From positions 1-38,985 of the forward strand of contig JBBRLI010000029.1 of assembly GCA_038231455.1 (NCBI GenBank): a stretch of DNA of 38,985 bases, written 5' to 3'. The position numbers and the translations under genes were made by a program. Positions 19,190 through 30,846 of the stretch are shown one piece after another; within the stretch, counting starts at the first letter, position 1; every line of letters starts with the position of its first letter. The notes under the pieces were generated by a model, which worked only from the letters and a program-made list of their open reading frames with translations, ran no database searches and was not told the origin of the DNA. The stretch comes from Vulcanimicrobiales bacterium (GTDB lineage: Bacteria > Vulcanimicrobiota > Vulcanimicrobiia > Vulcanimicrobiales > Vulcanimicrobiaceae).

Positions 19190-20490
19190 CGTTTTACGGC
19201 CTCGACAATGTTCTCGATGATGCCGATCGCGCGTTCGAGCTGGCTCTGTTCGATCGTGAGCGGCGGGGCGATCGTAATCGACGATCCCGTCGGTCCCGAC
19301 TGAAGCAAAATGACCCCACGGCGCAGAGCCTTCTTAACGAGCATCGTTGCAATCGCCGGATCGGTACATTCGATGGCCCACATGTATCCAATCCCGCGAA
19401 TATCGCGAATGCATGCGTTGTATTTGCGCAACCGAAAGAGACGCCCAGCGAGCAACTGCGCGCGGCCGCGTACCGTGCTGACGAGGTTCAGTCGCTGGAT
19501 CTCATCGATGTTTGCAAGCGCCGCCGCACACGCGAGCGGGTTGCCGAGATACGTTGAGGTATGCAGTGCTTCGCCGCTCGAGATGTCCCAGGCGTCCATT
19601 ACCTCCGCGCGGCCGATCGTCGCGGAAAGCGGGACGCCGCCTGCGATCGCCTTGCCAAGACACATGAGGTCCGGCACGACGCCGTCGAGATCGCAGGCGA
19701 ACATCGCGCCCGTCCGGCCAAAGCCCGTGTAGATCTCATCGAGGATCATGACGATCTTGGCTTTGTCGCAGATCGCTCGCACGCCGGCAAGAAATCCCGG
19801 CGGCGGGATGATGATGCCGCCGCGGCCTTGGATCGGCTCGAGAATGATCGCGCCGATCTGCGGATCCCGCGCGAGTGCGTCGCTTATTGCGAGCAGGGCC
19901 GCCGGCGTACCGCTCGCAGCGCTCGGATACGGCAGCCACGTCGTGCCGGTCGTGACCAGCGGCGAAAACGGTTCGCGAAATTTGGAGATACCCGTGACGG
20001 AAAGCGCGCCGAGCGAGAGGCCATGATACGCGTTCTCATACGCGAGAACATGCGGCTTCTTGGTCTTGAGAAACGCCGTTTTCAGGGCGAATTCGACCGC
20101 TTCGGCACCGGTCGAACACAAGAACGTTTTCTCGAGACCCGCGGGTGTGATCGCAGCGAGTTTCTCGAGCAGCTGGACGCGAACTTCGGTTGGATGCACG
20201 TCGCCCATGCCGTGCATGAGCCGGAGCGCTTGATCGGCGACGGCAGCGGCGACGTAGCGATTCGTATGCCCGGTATTCGCGACGCCGAAGGCGGAGGTCA
20301 AGTCGATATAACGGTTATTGTCGACATCCGTGACGAGCGCGCCGCTCGCCGATTGCCAAAACACGGGAAAGTCACTAGCAAGATAGGTCACGCCGCGAGA
20401 TTCGAAACGTGCAAGGGATGCCGCAAGTTCAAGCGAGCGCGGCCCGGGGATCGGCCCGCGAATCGCCTCGAAGAGTTCGTTTTCGTTCAT
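19186..20490 (-). CDS. Class III PLP aminotransferase (GabT/ArgD-like omega-aminotransferase)
   Basis: DVDNNRYID, TGAEAVEFALK, EPIQGRGG, DEIYTGFGRTG, GKAIAGG, STYLGNP; ATG 20490 in an ATGA overlap. Confidence 0.92.
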   Translation of the reverse strand: MNENELFEAIRGPIPGPRSLELAASLARFESRGVTYLASDFPVFWQSASGALVTDVDNNRYIDLTSAFGVANTGHTNRYVAAAVADQALRLMHGMGDVHPTEVRVQLLEKLAAITPAGLEKTFLCSTGAEAVEFALKTAFLKTKKPHVLAYENAYHGLSLGALSVTGISKFREPFSPLVTTGTTWLPYPSAASGTPAALLAISDALARDPQIGAIILEPIQGRGGIIIPPPGFLAGVRAICDKAKIVMILDEIYTGFGRTGAMFACDLDGVVPDLMCLGKAIAGGVPLSATIGRAEVMDAWDISSGEALHTSTYLGNPLACAAALANIDEIQRLNLVSTVRGRAQLLAGRLFRLRKYNACIRDIRGIGYMWAIECTDPAIATMLVKKALRRGVILLQSGPTGSSITIAPPLTIEQSQLERAIGIIENIVEAVKR

Positions 20491-21734
20491 CGTTCCACAT
20501 CGATCCAGCGGATGAAGGGCATGATGCAAGGCTCGCCGCCATGATGGGCGCCTGCCGGTGGCGATTGCATTTCTCCGAATCGTGTGATTCGAACTGCACC
20601 GCCCGCTCGTGCAACCTCACCGAGTGCCAAGTAATGATCGGTGTCGGCAAGTGCGAGAGCCTCGAGCGGGAGACGGTGCGCACGTAGATAGTCGGCCGCT
20701 TCGTCCGCAGACGTGACCGGAAAGATCGGCACGATGCGCGCGGCCAGCGGCGGCGGTGAATCGCGCGGCGGGTCGACGATGAGCGATGCTTGCGCGGTGG
20801 GTGCCGTGATCAGCGTGCCCGCTCCGGATGCCGCACGAAATGCGGCGAGATCGCGAGCGGCGGCATGCGAGGCGGCACTTCCGGCGGCGAGCCGTCCCGG
20901 TGGGAATTCAATTGCAGCACGGTCGAGCGCACCAGCCAGGATCCGCGCGAAAGCCGTCGCTTCAGCGCCTTCCGATTCGACGAAGAGCACGTGCAGCGAC
21001 ATGCAACCCGAACCGTCATAAAGCAGTGCGTCGCGCGCGATGCGCTCGGCAAGCGCCATCGTGTCACCCGAAAGATCGGAACGTCGAATGTATCCGGCGC
21101 TCGCGCGATGACCGAACGCGACGATGCGCGTTGCCGTGCTTGCGCCGAGCCGGACAGCCTCGATCGTTGCATCGCTCCCAAAGACGACGATCGTCTGTGC
21201 GGATGCGAAGAGTCTGGCTTCGCGCGGATCGTTGCCGCCATGCCAAATTTCCGCATGAGCAGCGTCGGCGAATGCCGGCTCTTCCTCGATCAGCGTTTCG
21301 AAGAACGCGCCGATCAAGCCGTCGTCGCGATCTTTGACGACGACACGGCACTTAGCGATGAGCGCGTAGATCGCGGGGACGAGTGCGACCCCGATCGTGG
21401 TGTCGCTGCCGACGATGACCGCGGTGTCGACGCCGCGTGCATGGACGCGCATTCCATATCGTTCGACGGGGCCGTCGAGTGCCGCAAGCGAGCCGACTTC
21501 GGCTTCGACCGCCGTGTGCAGCGCACGCACTTGCAGCGATCCGAAGAGCCGGTCTAGCGCGTACTCGATGACCGGGATCGCGAAGCCGGTGCGTGCCTCA
21601 ATTGCCGCCTGGGCGCGCACGCGCGGCGGAAAGTCCGCGTCATGCCAACGTTCTGCGGCGTCGGCGATCGCGCGCACGATCGCATGCGCGCTCCGTTCGC
21701 GGAGCGCGTTAACGGCGGGCAAGGTCTTCGGCAT
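20487..21734 (-). CDS. LuxC-like acyl-CoA/acyl-protein reductase
   Basis: WHGG, VVFGSDATIEAVR, FGHRAS, ARDALLYDGSGCMS (catalytic Cys position), RITRFGEM, HHGG. Confidence 0.82.
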   Translation of the reverse strand: MPKTLPAVNALRERSAHAIVRAIADAAERWHDADFPPRVRAQAAIEARTGFAIPVIEYALDRLFGSLQVRALHTAVEAEVGSLAALDGPVERYGMRVHARGVDTAVIVGSDTTIGVALVPAIYALIAKCRVVVKDRDDGLIGAFFETLIEEEPAFADAAHAEIWHGGNDPREARLFASAQTIVVFGSDATIEAVRLGASTATRIVAFGHRASAGYIRRSDLSGDTMALAERIARDALLYDGSGCMSLHVLFVESEGAEATAFARILAGALDRAAIEFPPGRLAAGSAASHAAARDLAAFRAASGAGTLITAPTAQASLIVDPPRDSPPPLAARIVPIFPVTSADEAADYLRAHRLPLEALALADTDHYLALGEVARAGGAVRITRFGEMQSPPAGAHHGGEPCIMPFIRWIDVER

Positions 21735-22788
21735 CGAGCGAACAGCCGCGCAACTCGGCGCCGACGTCACGTCCGAGCAAGACGATGCCATCGCCACTGG
21801 CGTAGCCCAGGTCTTCGGTTTCGATCGCGATCACCGAACTGCGATTCGCGCAGTCGATGTGTCGGAGCGCGCCAATGACGCCCGGCGGACATTCGTTCCC
21901 ATCGATGTCGACGACGATCGGGCGAAGCCATGGCGGAGCGATCTTGACACGCCGGTCGGCGCTTCGGCTCCCGGCAGAATCGTAATACTGACTGCAGAGT
22001 TCGGTCATGCCGTATTCGGCAACGATCGATGATTCGGGAAGTCCGAGCCGCTGCGAAATCGCGGTGTAGAGATCGCTGCGTTCCACGACGCGGGAGCGGC
22101 CTTTGAAGCCGCCCGTCTCCATGATGCGCGAACCGGCTGGCAACGTAAATCGGCGTTCGCCCGCTGCAAGGCCATCGAGCAACGCGACGAATGCGAATGC
22201 CGTCGCAGCGATACACACCGGGACGCCCGCATCGCACGCGCTGGCAAGGTCCCGCATGAATCGATCAAGATCGAGTCCGTCATCATGCAGAAACCAGCCC
22301 GTGCGACCGTCGCCGAAGCGTTTGCTGACGGCCGCCATCATGAAGCCCAGTGACGAGGTCGGCTTCTCACGCGGGTCGGGAACGAGCAAAAGATACCGCA
22401 GGGCAGCGCCGTCGGCGAGCATCGCGCGCTCAAAACCCGCTAGCAGCGATGCCGTATAGAGTTCGGTCGTCGCAAGATAGTGGCGTCCGCTCGTACCGAC
22501 GGTCGTTCCACTCGTCTCGAACATCGCCGCGGCACGCGCGACATCAAACGTTGCAAGCGCAGCCTCTTTGAACGCCGCAGCTGGGACGGCCGGAATATCG
22601 ATCGGACGCCGCGGAAGATGGCCCGCATCGTAGCCTTTGCTCCGCGCGTACGCCGCGTATGGTTCGTTGTAGCGGATTTGGTAGGCGAAAAGGTCGCGCG
22701 CAAGCGCATCGAAGTCGAGTGTTTTCGGCGCCTGGATCGCGGCGAGAATCCGCGCGTCGAGTACCGCGGCCTCTTCCGGTTCGCTCAT
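21709..22788 (-). CDS. LuxE-like acyl-protein synthetase
   Basis: LFAYQ..N..Y, IPAVP..AFK, FETSGTT, ETGGFKGR, EYGMTEL, IETEDLG, LLGR...ELRGCS (C-terminal acyl-acceptor Cys). Confidence 0.85.
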   Translation of the reverse strand: MSEPEEAAVLDARILAAIQAPKTLDFDALARDLFAYQIRYNEPYAAYARSKGYDAGHLPRRPIDIPAVPAAAFKEAALATFDVARAAAMFETSGTTVGTSGRHYLATTELYTASLLAGFERAMLADGAALRYLLLVPDPREKPTSSLGFMMAAVSKRFGDGRTGWFLHDDGLDLDRFMRDLASACDAGVPVCIAATAFAFVALLDGLAAGERRFTLPAGSRIMETGGFKGRSRVVERSDLYTAISQRLGLPESSIVAEYGMTELCSQYYDSAGSRSADRRVKIAPPWLRPIVVDIDGNECPPGVIGALRHIDCANRSSVIAIETEDLGYASGDGIVLLGRDVGAELRGCSLDAEDLARR

Positions 22789-22824
22789 CGAGGATGCATC
22801 AAATCGCGCGTGCACACGATCGCC

Positions 22825-23304
22825 TCAGCGACCGCGCCGCCGTGCGGTGATCAGTCCGGTGTTGAGTCCGGCGATGGCGAGGCCGCCGTCAAAACGCGCG
22901 GATTCGACTTTGAGACAGCGGTCGACCACGACATCGAGCCCGGCTTCATCGGCCAGGCGAATCGCTTCCTCATTGATGACGCCGTACTGAAACCAAATCG
23001 CCTTCGCACCAACGTCGATTGCTTCGCGTGCGACCGATGGAGCGTCGGCGGGTTTGCGGAAGACATCGACGATATCGGGTGCGCCGTGGACGGCGGCATA
23101 TGCCGCGAGCGTCGGATACGACCTCACGCCGTCGATCTCGGCGACCATCGGATTGATCGGGACGATCGTGAGTTTGCCTTTAGTGCGCAGATACGAGAAC
23201 ACAAAGTAGCTCGGGCGGGTGGGATTCGGTGAGGCTCCGACCATCGCAACGGTTTTCGAGCGGTCGAGGAGATCGCGGCGGTCAGCCACGGTATCGAGAA
23301 TCAA
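22825..23304 (-). CDS. CoA-binding protein (YccU-like)
   Basis: VAMVGASPNPTRPSY, PINP, DIVDVFR, WFQYGV, VVDRCLKVE; TTG 23304 with GGAG SD. Confidence 0.92.
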   Translation of the reverse strand: MILDTVADRRDLLDRSKTVAMVGASPNPTRPSYFVFSYLRTKGKLTIVPINPMVAEIDGVRSYPTLAAYAAVHGAPDIVDVFRKPADAPSVAREAIDVGAKAIWFQYGVINEEAIRLADEAGLDVVVDRCLKVESARFDGGLAIAGLNTGLITARRRGR

Positions 23305-23305
23305 G

Positions 23306-24622
23306 CTAGTCTCCGTGCGATCCGGCCAGGACGTGTTTTGCCGATGCAACGAGCGCGCGGTCGAGATCCCAGATCAAATCTTCGACGTCTTCGGTGCCGA
23401 CCGAGAGTCGAATGAGATCGGGCGTTACGCCCGAGGCACTCATCTCCGCATCGCTCAACTGTTGGTGTGTGGTCGAAGCGGGGTGGATCACCAAACTCTT
23501 CGAGTCGCCGACGTTGGCAAGATGGCTCCAGAGTTCGAGCGATTCGATGAACGTGCGTCCCGCCTCGCGTCCGCCACGCAGACCGAAGGAAAAGATCGAG
23601 CCCGCGCCATCCGGCAAATACGTGCCGGCCAGCGTGTGATACGGCGAATCGTCGAGTTCCGCATACGAAACCCATGCGACTTCGTCGCGCGATTTGAGGA
23701 ACCGGGAAATTGCGCGTGCGTTCTCGACATGCGCCTTCATGCGCAGCGCAAGCGTTTCCAATCCCTGAATGAACATGAACGCGTTCATTGGTGAGAGGCA
23801 TGCCCCAACGTCGCGCATCACTTCGACGCGCGCGCGCATCAAGAACGCGTACTCGCCGAACGTCTCGAAGAAATTCATGTCGTGGTAGCCGGGGCTCGGC
23901 GTTGACAGGAGCGGATGTTTGCCGGCGCCCCACGGGAAGGTGCCCGATTCCACGATGATTCCGCCAATCGCGGTGCCGTGTCCGCTGATAAACTTCGTTG
24001 CGGATTGAATGACGATATCGGCGCCGTGTTCGATCGGACGGCAGAGTGCCGGCGATGCAAACGTGTTGTCGACGATGAGCGGCAACCCGTGCGTGTGTGC
24101 GACGGCCGCGATTGCGGCGAGGTCCGCAACGTTTCCGGTCGGATTCCCAATCGTCTCGGTGTAGATCGCTTTCGTATTGGGCTGGATCGCCGCTGCGAGT
24201 GCCGCCGCTTCACCTCCCGGAACGAACGTCACATCGATTCCCATCCGTTTGAGGGTCACGCCGAACTGCGTGATCGTTCCGCCGTAGAGATTTGCACTCG
24301 CGACGAGATGATCGCCGTTCTGCGCGATGGCAAGAATGGCGATGAGCTGCGCGGCAAGACCGCTCGCCGTCGCAACGCCGCCAAGCCCGCCTTCGAGGCT
24401 CGCCATCTTTTCTTCGAACGCGGCGACCGTCGGATTCCCGATGCGCGAATAGATATTCCCGTACGTCCGAAGCGCGAAGAGTTCGGCGGCGTGTTCGGTC
24501 GAGTCGAACACGAAGCTCGAGGTCAGGTAGATCGGCTGCGCGCGGGCGCCGGTCTCGGGGTCAGGCGGGGTGCCGGCGTGCAGGGCACGCGTACGAAAGC
24601 CGAAGCGCCGATCCTCGGGCAT
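23306..24622 (-). CDS. metY: O-acetylhomoserine sulfhydrylase (Cys/Met metabolism PLP enzyme)
   Basis: IYSRIGNPT, LYGGT, VDNTFASP, SATKFISGHG, HLANVGDSKSLVIHPASTTHQQL, IRLSVG. Confidence 0.92.
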   Translation of the reverse strand: MPEDRRFGFRTRALHAGTPPDPETGARAQPIYLTSSFVFDSTEHAAELFALRTYGNIYSRIGNPTVAAFEEKMASLEGGLGGVATASGLAAQLIAILAIAQNGDHLVASANLYGGTITQFGVTLKRMGIDVTFVPGGEAAALAAAIQPNTKAIYTETIGNPTGNVADLAAIAAVAHTHGLPLIVDNTFASPALCRPIEHGADIVIQSATKFISGHGTAIGGIIVESGTFPWGAGKHPLLSTPSPGYHDMNFFETFGEYAFLMRARVEVMRDVGACLSPMNAFMFIQGLETLALRMKAHVENARAISRFLKSRDEVAWVSYAELDDSPYHTLAGTYLPDGAGSIFSFGLRGGREAGRTFIESLELWSHLANVGDSKSLVIHPASTTHQQLSDAEMSASGVTPDLIRLSVGTEDVEDLIWDLDRALVASAKHVLAGSHGD

Positions 24623-25242
24623 TACTGGCCGATCTTTTCTTTCTTCCGGTGCGAGGCGGTAAAAGGCGTCCCCGCTTTGCCGCCGTCATCGATCAGGCCG
24701 ACCATGTCGCCGAAATTTTCCGCGTATCCGGTGAAGATCGTGTCCTTGGGTTTGGTCGCGACGACCAGTTTGAAGATGCGTCCATCGAAGGTCCCCGTGT
24801 AGGGGACTTTCGCTTGGCCCGGGCGGTCCCACGTGCCGCTGACGTTCGCACCGTCCTGTTTGACCGTCAGGTGCTGGTAGACCGTGCGCGTGCCGTCGAG
24901 CGGCTGGATCTGGACTTCCCAGACGCCATCGAGTGAGGCGAATTGGGGCGGTTCCGGGGTATCGGTGGGGCTCGCCTCAGGCGCCGGCTTCGCTTTTTTG
25001 CCGCCTTTGCCGGCGGGCGTGGGCTGCAAGGTCGGCTGAACGGACGGCACGCTTGCCGCGGGAGTGGTGGCCGGCGTCGGCGTCCCGGTGGTCGTTGGTG
25101 TGCCGGTCCCCGAGGTCGCGACGGGGTTCGGGCGCGGCGGTGGCGGCGGGGTCGGGTTGGCCTGGGAAAAGGCAACCTGGCGCATGCCGGTGAGGAGCGA
25201 AAGGGCGAAAACGAGTCCGAAACCGAGCCGGGCGAATTTCAA
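24622..25242 (-). CDS. Secreted hypothetical protein, Pro/Thr-rich linker plus small beta-rich domain
   Basis: TTG 25242 with GGAG 8 nt upstream; signal peptide ending AFSQ; LDGVWEV..LTVKQDGANVSGTW; stop overlaps the metY start. Confidence 0.75.
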   Translation of the reverse strand: MKFARLGFGLVFALSLLTGMRQVAFSQANPTPPPPPRPNPVATSGTGTPTTTGTPTPATTPAASVPSVQPTLQPTPAGKGGKKAKPAPEASPTDTPEPPQFASLDGVWEVQIQPLDGTRTVYQHLTVKQDGANVSGTWDRPGQAKVPYTGTFDGRIFKLVVATKPKDTIFTGYAENFGDMVGLIDDGGKAGTPFTASHRKKEKIGQ

Positions 25243-25331
25243 GAAAGCAACTCCAAAGCGGGGGTACGCTGTTATAACTGTGGCGGAGCCGCATACGTTA
25301 CAGCGCCCGCCCCGAGGGCCCTTGCCACGGG

Positions 25332-25340
25332 TGATATGAT
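25332..25340 (+). promoter_or_regulatory. Possible extended -10 element (TGaTATGAT) for rpmE
   Basis: TGn-TATGAT ending 9 nt before the GTG start. Confidence 0.4.
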
Positions 25341-25349
25341 AGGACCGCT

Positions 25350-25619
25350 GTGAAAGACAAGATCCACCCCAAATGGTACCCCGAAGCCTCAGTCGCGTGC
25401 GGCTGTGGTGCAACCTTTACGACCGGCTCGACGCTGCCCAAAATCACCGTCGAAGTCTGCTCGCAATGCCACCCGCTCTACACGGGTCAGCAAAAGTTCC
25501 TCGACACCGCCGGCCGCGTTGAGAAATTCAACCAGCGCGTCGTCCTTGCCGAGAAGAAGAAAGCCGAAGCGGACGCCCGGAAGGTTAAAAAAGACGAGGC
25601 CGCTGCCGCCGCACTTTAG
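25350..25619 (+). CDS. rpmE: 50S ribosomal protein L31, Zn-binding (C+) type
   Basis: [29 protein letters not shown]; upstream of prfA-prmC. Confidence 0.97.
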   Translation: MKDKIHPKWYPEASVACGCGATFTTGSTLPKITVEVCSQCHPLYTGQQKFLDTAGRVEKFNQRVVLAEKKKAEADARKVKKDEAAAAAL

Positions 25620-25638
25620 CGGTCCAGTCGTGTTCCGG

Positions 25639-25667
25639 AAGCGAGTCGCGCGAGCGGCTCGCTTTTT
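25639..25667 (+). terminator. Intrinsic terminator/attenuator after rpmE
   Basis: AAGCGAGTCGC-GCGA-GCGGCTCGCTT stem with GNRA loop running into a T tract. Confidence 0.8.
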
Positions 25668-25703
25668 CGTTCTTTCGCTCCATCATCGCCGAAGAAGACC
25701 ATC

Positions 25704-26789
25704 ATGCTGCTGACCGATCGTCTCGAAACGCTCTCGAAAAAATTCGACGAGCTCGACGCTGCCCTCGCGAACCCGAGCGGCGCGTTCGATCAAGAGCGTT
25801 TTACCTCGATCGTCAAAGAACGCTCGGCGATCGAACCGACGGTGCTTGCCTTCCGCAGCTATAAAAAACTGCTTGCCGACATGGCGGCCAACGACGCGCT
25901 GCTCGAAGAACGCGGCGACGCCGAGATGCACGCGATGGCCGAAGATGAAGCAAAAGAACTGCGCGCGCGCAAGAAAGCGATCGAAGAAGAGCTGCAGGAG
26001 CTGATGCTCCCGCGCGACCCCAACGACTCGAAGGACATCTTTATCGAAATCCGCGCGGGTGCAGGCGGCGATGAAGCCAGCCTCTTCGCAGCGGAAATCG
26101 GTCGCATGTACGGCCGTTTTGCCGAATCGAAGAAGATGAAAATCGAGGTTCTCTCGCAGAGCGAGTCGGAGGCCGGCGGTTCGAAAGAACTCGTGCTCTC
26201 CGTGCGCGGCGGCGAACCGTACCGCTTCTTCAAATATGAGTCCGGCGTGCACCGGGTGCAACGCGTGCCGCTCACCGAGACGCAAGGCCGCGTGCACACG
26301 AGTACGGCTACGGTCGCCGTTTTGCCCGAAGTCGAAGATACGGGCGAGGTGCAGATCAACGCCAAAGACCTGCAAGTCGATACGTTCAAAGCCTCCGGCG
26401 CCGGCGGTCAGCACGTCAATAAAACTGAATCCGCAATTCGGATCACGCACGTTCCCTCCGGGATCATCGTCTCGTGCAGTGAAGAGCGTTCGCAGATACA
26501 GAATCGTGAACGGGCGATGGGCATGCTTCGCGCGCAGCTCGCCGACCGCCAGCGCCGTGAAGCCGAAGAAGCCGTCGGATCATTGCGCAAGAGCCAAGTT
26601 GGGACGGGCGATCGCAGCGAGAAAATCCGCACGTATAATTTCCCGCAAGACCGCATCACTGACCATCGCATCAATCAGAACTATCAAAATATCAAGACGA
26701 TCCTCGAAGGCGATATGGACCGGCTCGTCGCCGATCTGCAACGCGATGAGAAGGCCCGTTTGCTCGCCGGAGAAGAGCCAGCCGCATGA
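25704..26789 (+). CDS. prfA: Peptide chain release factor 1
   Basis: PxT (VPLT) specificity motif, GAGGQHVN, RSEKIRTYNFPQ. Confidence 0.98.
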   Translation: MLLTDRLETLSKKFDELDAALANPSGAFDQERFTSIVKERSAIEPTVLAFRSYKKLLADMAANDALLEERGDAEMHAMAEDEAKELRARKKAIEEELQELMLPRDPNDSKDIFIEIRAGAGGDEASLFAAEIGRMYGRFAESKKMKIEVLSQSESEAGGSKELVLSVRGGEPYRFFKYESGVHRVQRVPLTETQGRVHTSTATVAVLPEVEDTGEVQINAKDLQVDTFKASGAGGQHVNKTESAIRITHVPSGIIVSCSEERSQIQNRERAMGMLRAQLADRQRREAEEAVGSLRKSQVGTGDRSEKIRTYNFPQDRITDHRINQNYQNIKTILEGDMDRLVADLQRDEKARLLAGEEPAA

Positions 26790-27640
26790 CGATCAGCGCC
26801 GTCCTCCGCGAAGCTACGTCGCGACTCGCCGCCGTCTCTGATTCTGCTGCGATGGATGCCGAGCTGATGCTCGCGCATCTGGTTGAATGCGACCGGGTCT
26901 ACTTTCTCGTCCACGGTGACGAGCCGCTGGAAGAGTCGATCCGGCAGCGCTTCAACGACGCCTTGCTCGAACGCGAACGTGGACGCCCCGTCCCATACAT
27001 TATCGGAACGGCCGGATTTTACGGGCGGACATTTGAGGTGGATGGCCGCGTGCTCGTGCCGCGACCCGAGACCGAGCTACTCGTCGAAGCCGCGATCGCC
27101 CATTTGCGTCTGAGCGAGCGCGTTCTCGGATTTGCGGCGGACATCGGAACGGGCTCTGGGATCATCGCGATCTCGCTTGCCTGCGAACTGCCCGCGCTCA
27201 ACGTGTTCGCAACGGATATCTCGCGCGAGGCACTCTCGGTCGCGCGTAAAAACGCTGCCCGGAATAATGTTTTCCAGCATATCAGCTTCGTCCACGGTGA
27301 CCTCGGTGAGCCGCTGGGTCGTTTCGGTCGCTACGATGCGATCGTCGCGAATCTCCCTTACGTGCCAACCGATGAGATCGGGCTTGCGCCCGACCCCGTC
27401 TCGCACGAGCCTCGTCTTGCGCTCGATGGCGGTGGCGGGGGCTTGGACTTATACCAGCGTCTCGTTCCCACGCTCGAAACGCTCCTCGCTCCCGGCGGTG
27501 CCGCGTTCCTCGAAGCTGCACCAGTGAACGTCGTCGATCTCGCCCTTATGATTCGCGCAGTATGGCCAAGCGCGACGGTTGAAGTCAAGGCAGACTATAG
27601 CTCGCTTCCGCGCTTCGTGACGGTCACCGCGCCCTCGTAA
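26786..27640 (+). CDS. prmC: Release factor glutamine methyltransferase
   Basis: VLVPRPETE, DIGTGSG, ANLPY, EPRLALDGG; ATGA overlap with prfA. Confidence 0.96.
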   Translation: MTISAVLREATSRLAAVSDSAAMDAELMLAHLVECDRVYFLVHGDEPLEESIRQRFNDALLERERGRPVPYIIGTAGFYGRTFEVDGRVLVPRPETELLVEAAIAHLRLSERVLGFAADIGTGSGIIAISLACELPALNVFATDISREALSVARKNAARNNVFQHISFVHGDLGEPLGRFGRYDAIVANLPYVPTDEIGLAPDPVSHEPRLALDGGGGGLDLYQRLVPTLETLLAPGGAAFLEAAPVNVVDLALMIRAVWPSATVEVKADYSSLPRFVTVTAPS

Positions 27641-27680
27641 GAGCGAACCAACAAAGACGTGCGCCTCGGACACGCACCCT

Positions 27681-28061
27681 TTACGAAGACGTACAGCTTT
27701 TTAAGGAAATCCATTTGGGAAATGGCTTTGACCGATCGCCAAAGACGTTACTTACTTTGTCCGGCTCGTTAAAGCCGCTGATTGTTTGATAATATTTGCG
27801 CGTTTGTGCGGTTGCCTTCGCGCTTAATTGAAGATGCATGTGTCCGAAATCATCAAAGTAGGCCCACCCCTCGCCGATGCCCGAGTTGTTCACCATTAGA
27901 GCTGCTGCTATGATTGATAACGGATGCGTGTAGTTTCCGTTCTCGACCCGAAGTGCGATATTGTCTTCAAGCGCAAACGGCGAATCGACGCAAACCGACG
28001 GTTGCCTCGCAACCGCTGACGCTTGTGATATTAGTAAGAAAAGGGCAATGGCAGAAAGCAT
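27681..28061 (-). CDS. Hypothetical secreted protein, AT-richer than flanks
   Basis: Signal-like MLSAIALFLLISQASA, two Cys; start uncertain (28061, 28076 or 28136). Confidence 0.55.
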   Translation of the reverse strand: MLSAIALFLLISQASAVARQPSVCVDSPFALEDNIALRVENGNYTHPLSIIAAALMVNNSGIGEGWAYFDDFGHMHLQLSAKATAQTRKYYQTISGFNEPDKVSNVFGDRSKPFPKWISLKSCTSS

Positions 28062-28336
28062 CGCAAACGGATTCAAATTTCCCCCCCGGCGTTCGATATG
28101 TCGCGCTTTTATTGCGAGCGTATTGATATCCGACACGGTGCCGGAAACTCCGCGTGTTCCCGGCCCTCACCTTGACTCGGGTTATTTGCGGCGCAAGCGG
28201 ATGCTCGGGGCCAAAACCATGAGGAATCCGGGCCTATGCGAGGGCGGTCACCGCTATTTCCCGCTCGACCGACCGGAGCGTCACAAGGGTCATCCCCGCG
28301 CGCTAGCACGAGTTTTGCCGAAAGATCTCGGGATAG

Positions 28337-30842
<2,506 letters not shown>

Positions 30843-30846
<4 letters not shown>

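Noticed and set aside
20487-22788. Bioluminescence lux operon
   Set aside because: No luxA, luxB, luxD or luxG in the window
25560-26789. Ala-rich C termini of L31 (EAAAAAL) and RF1 (EEPAA) as ClpXP degrons
   Set aside because: Ala-rich tails are common in GC-rich genomes; no further support
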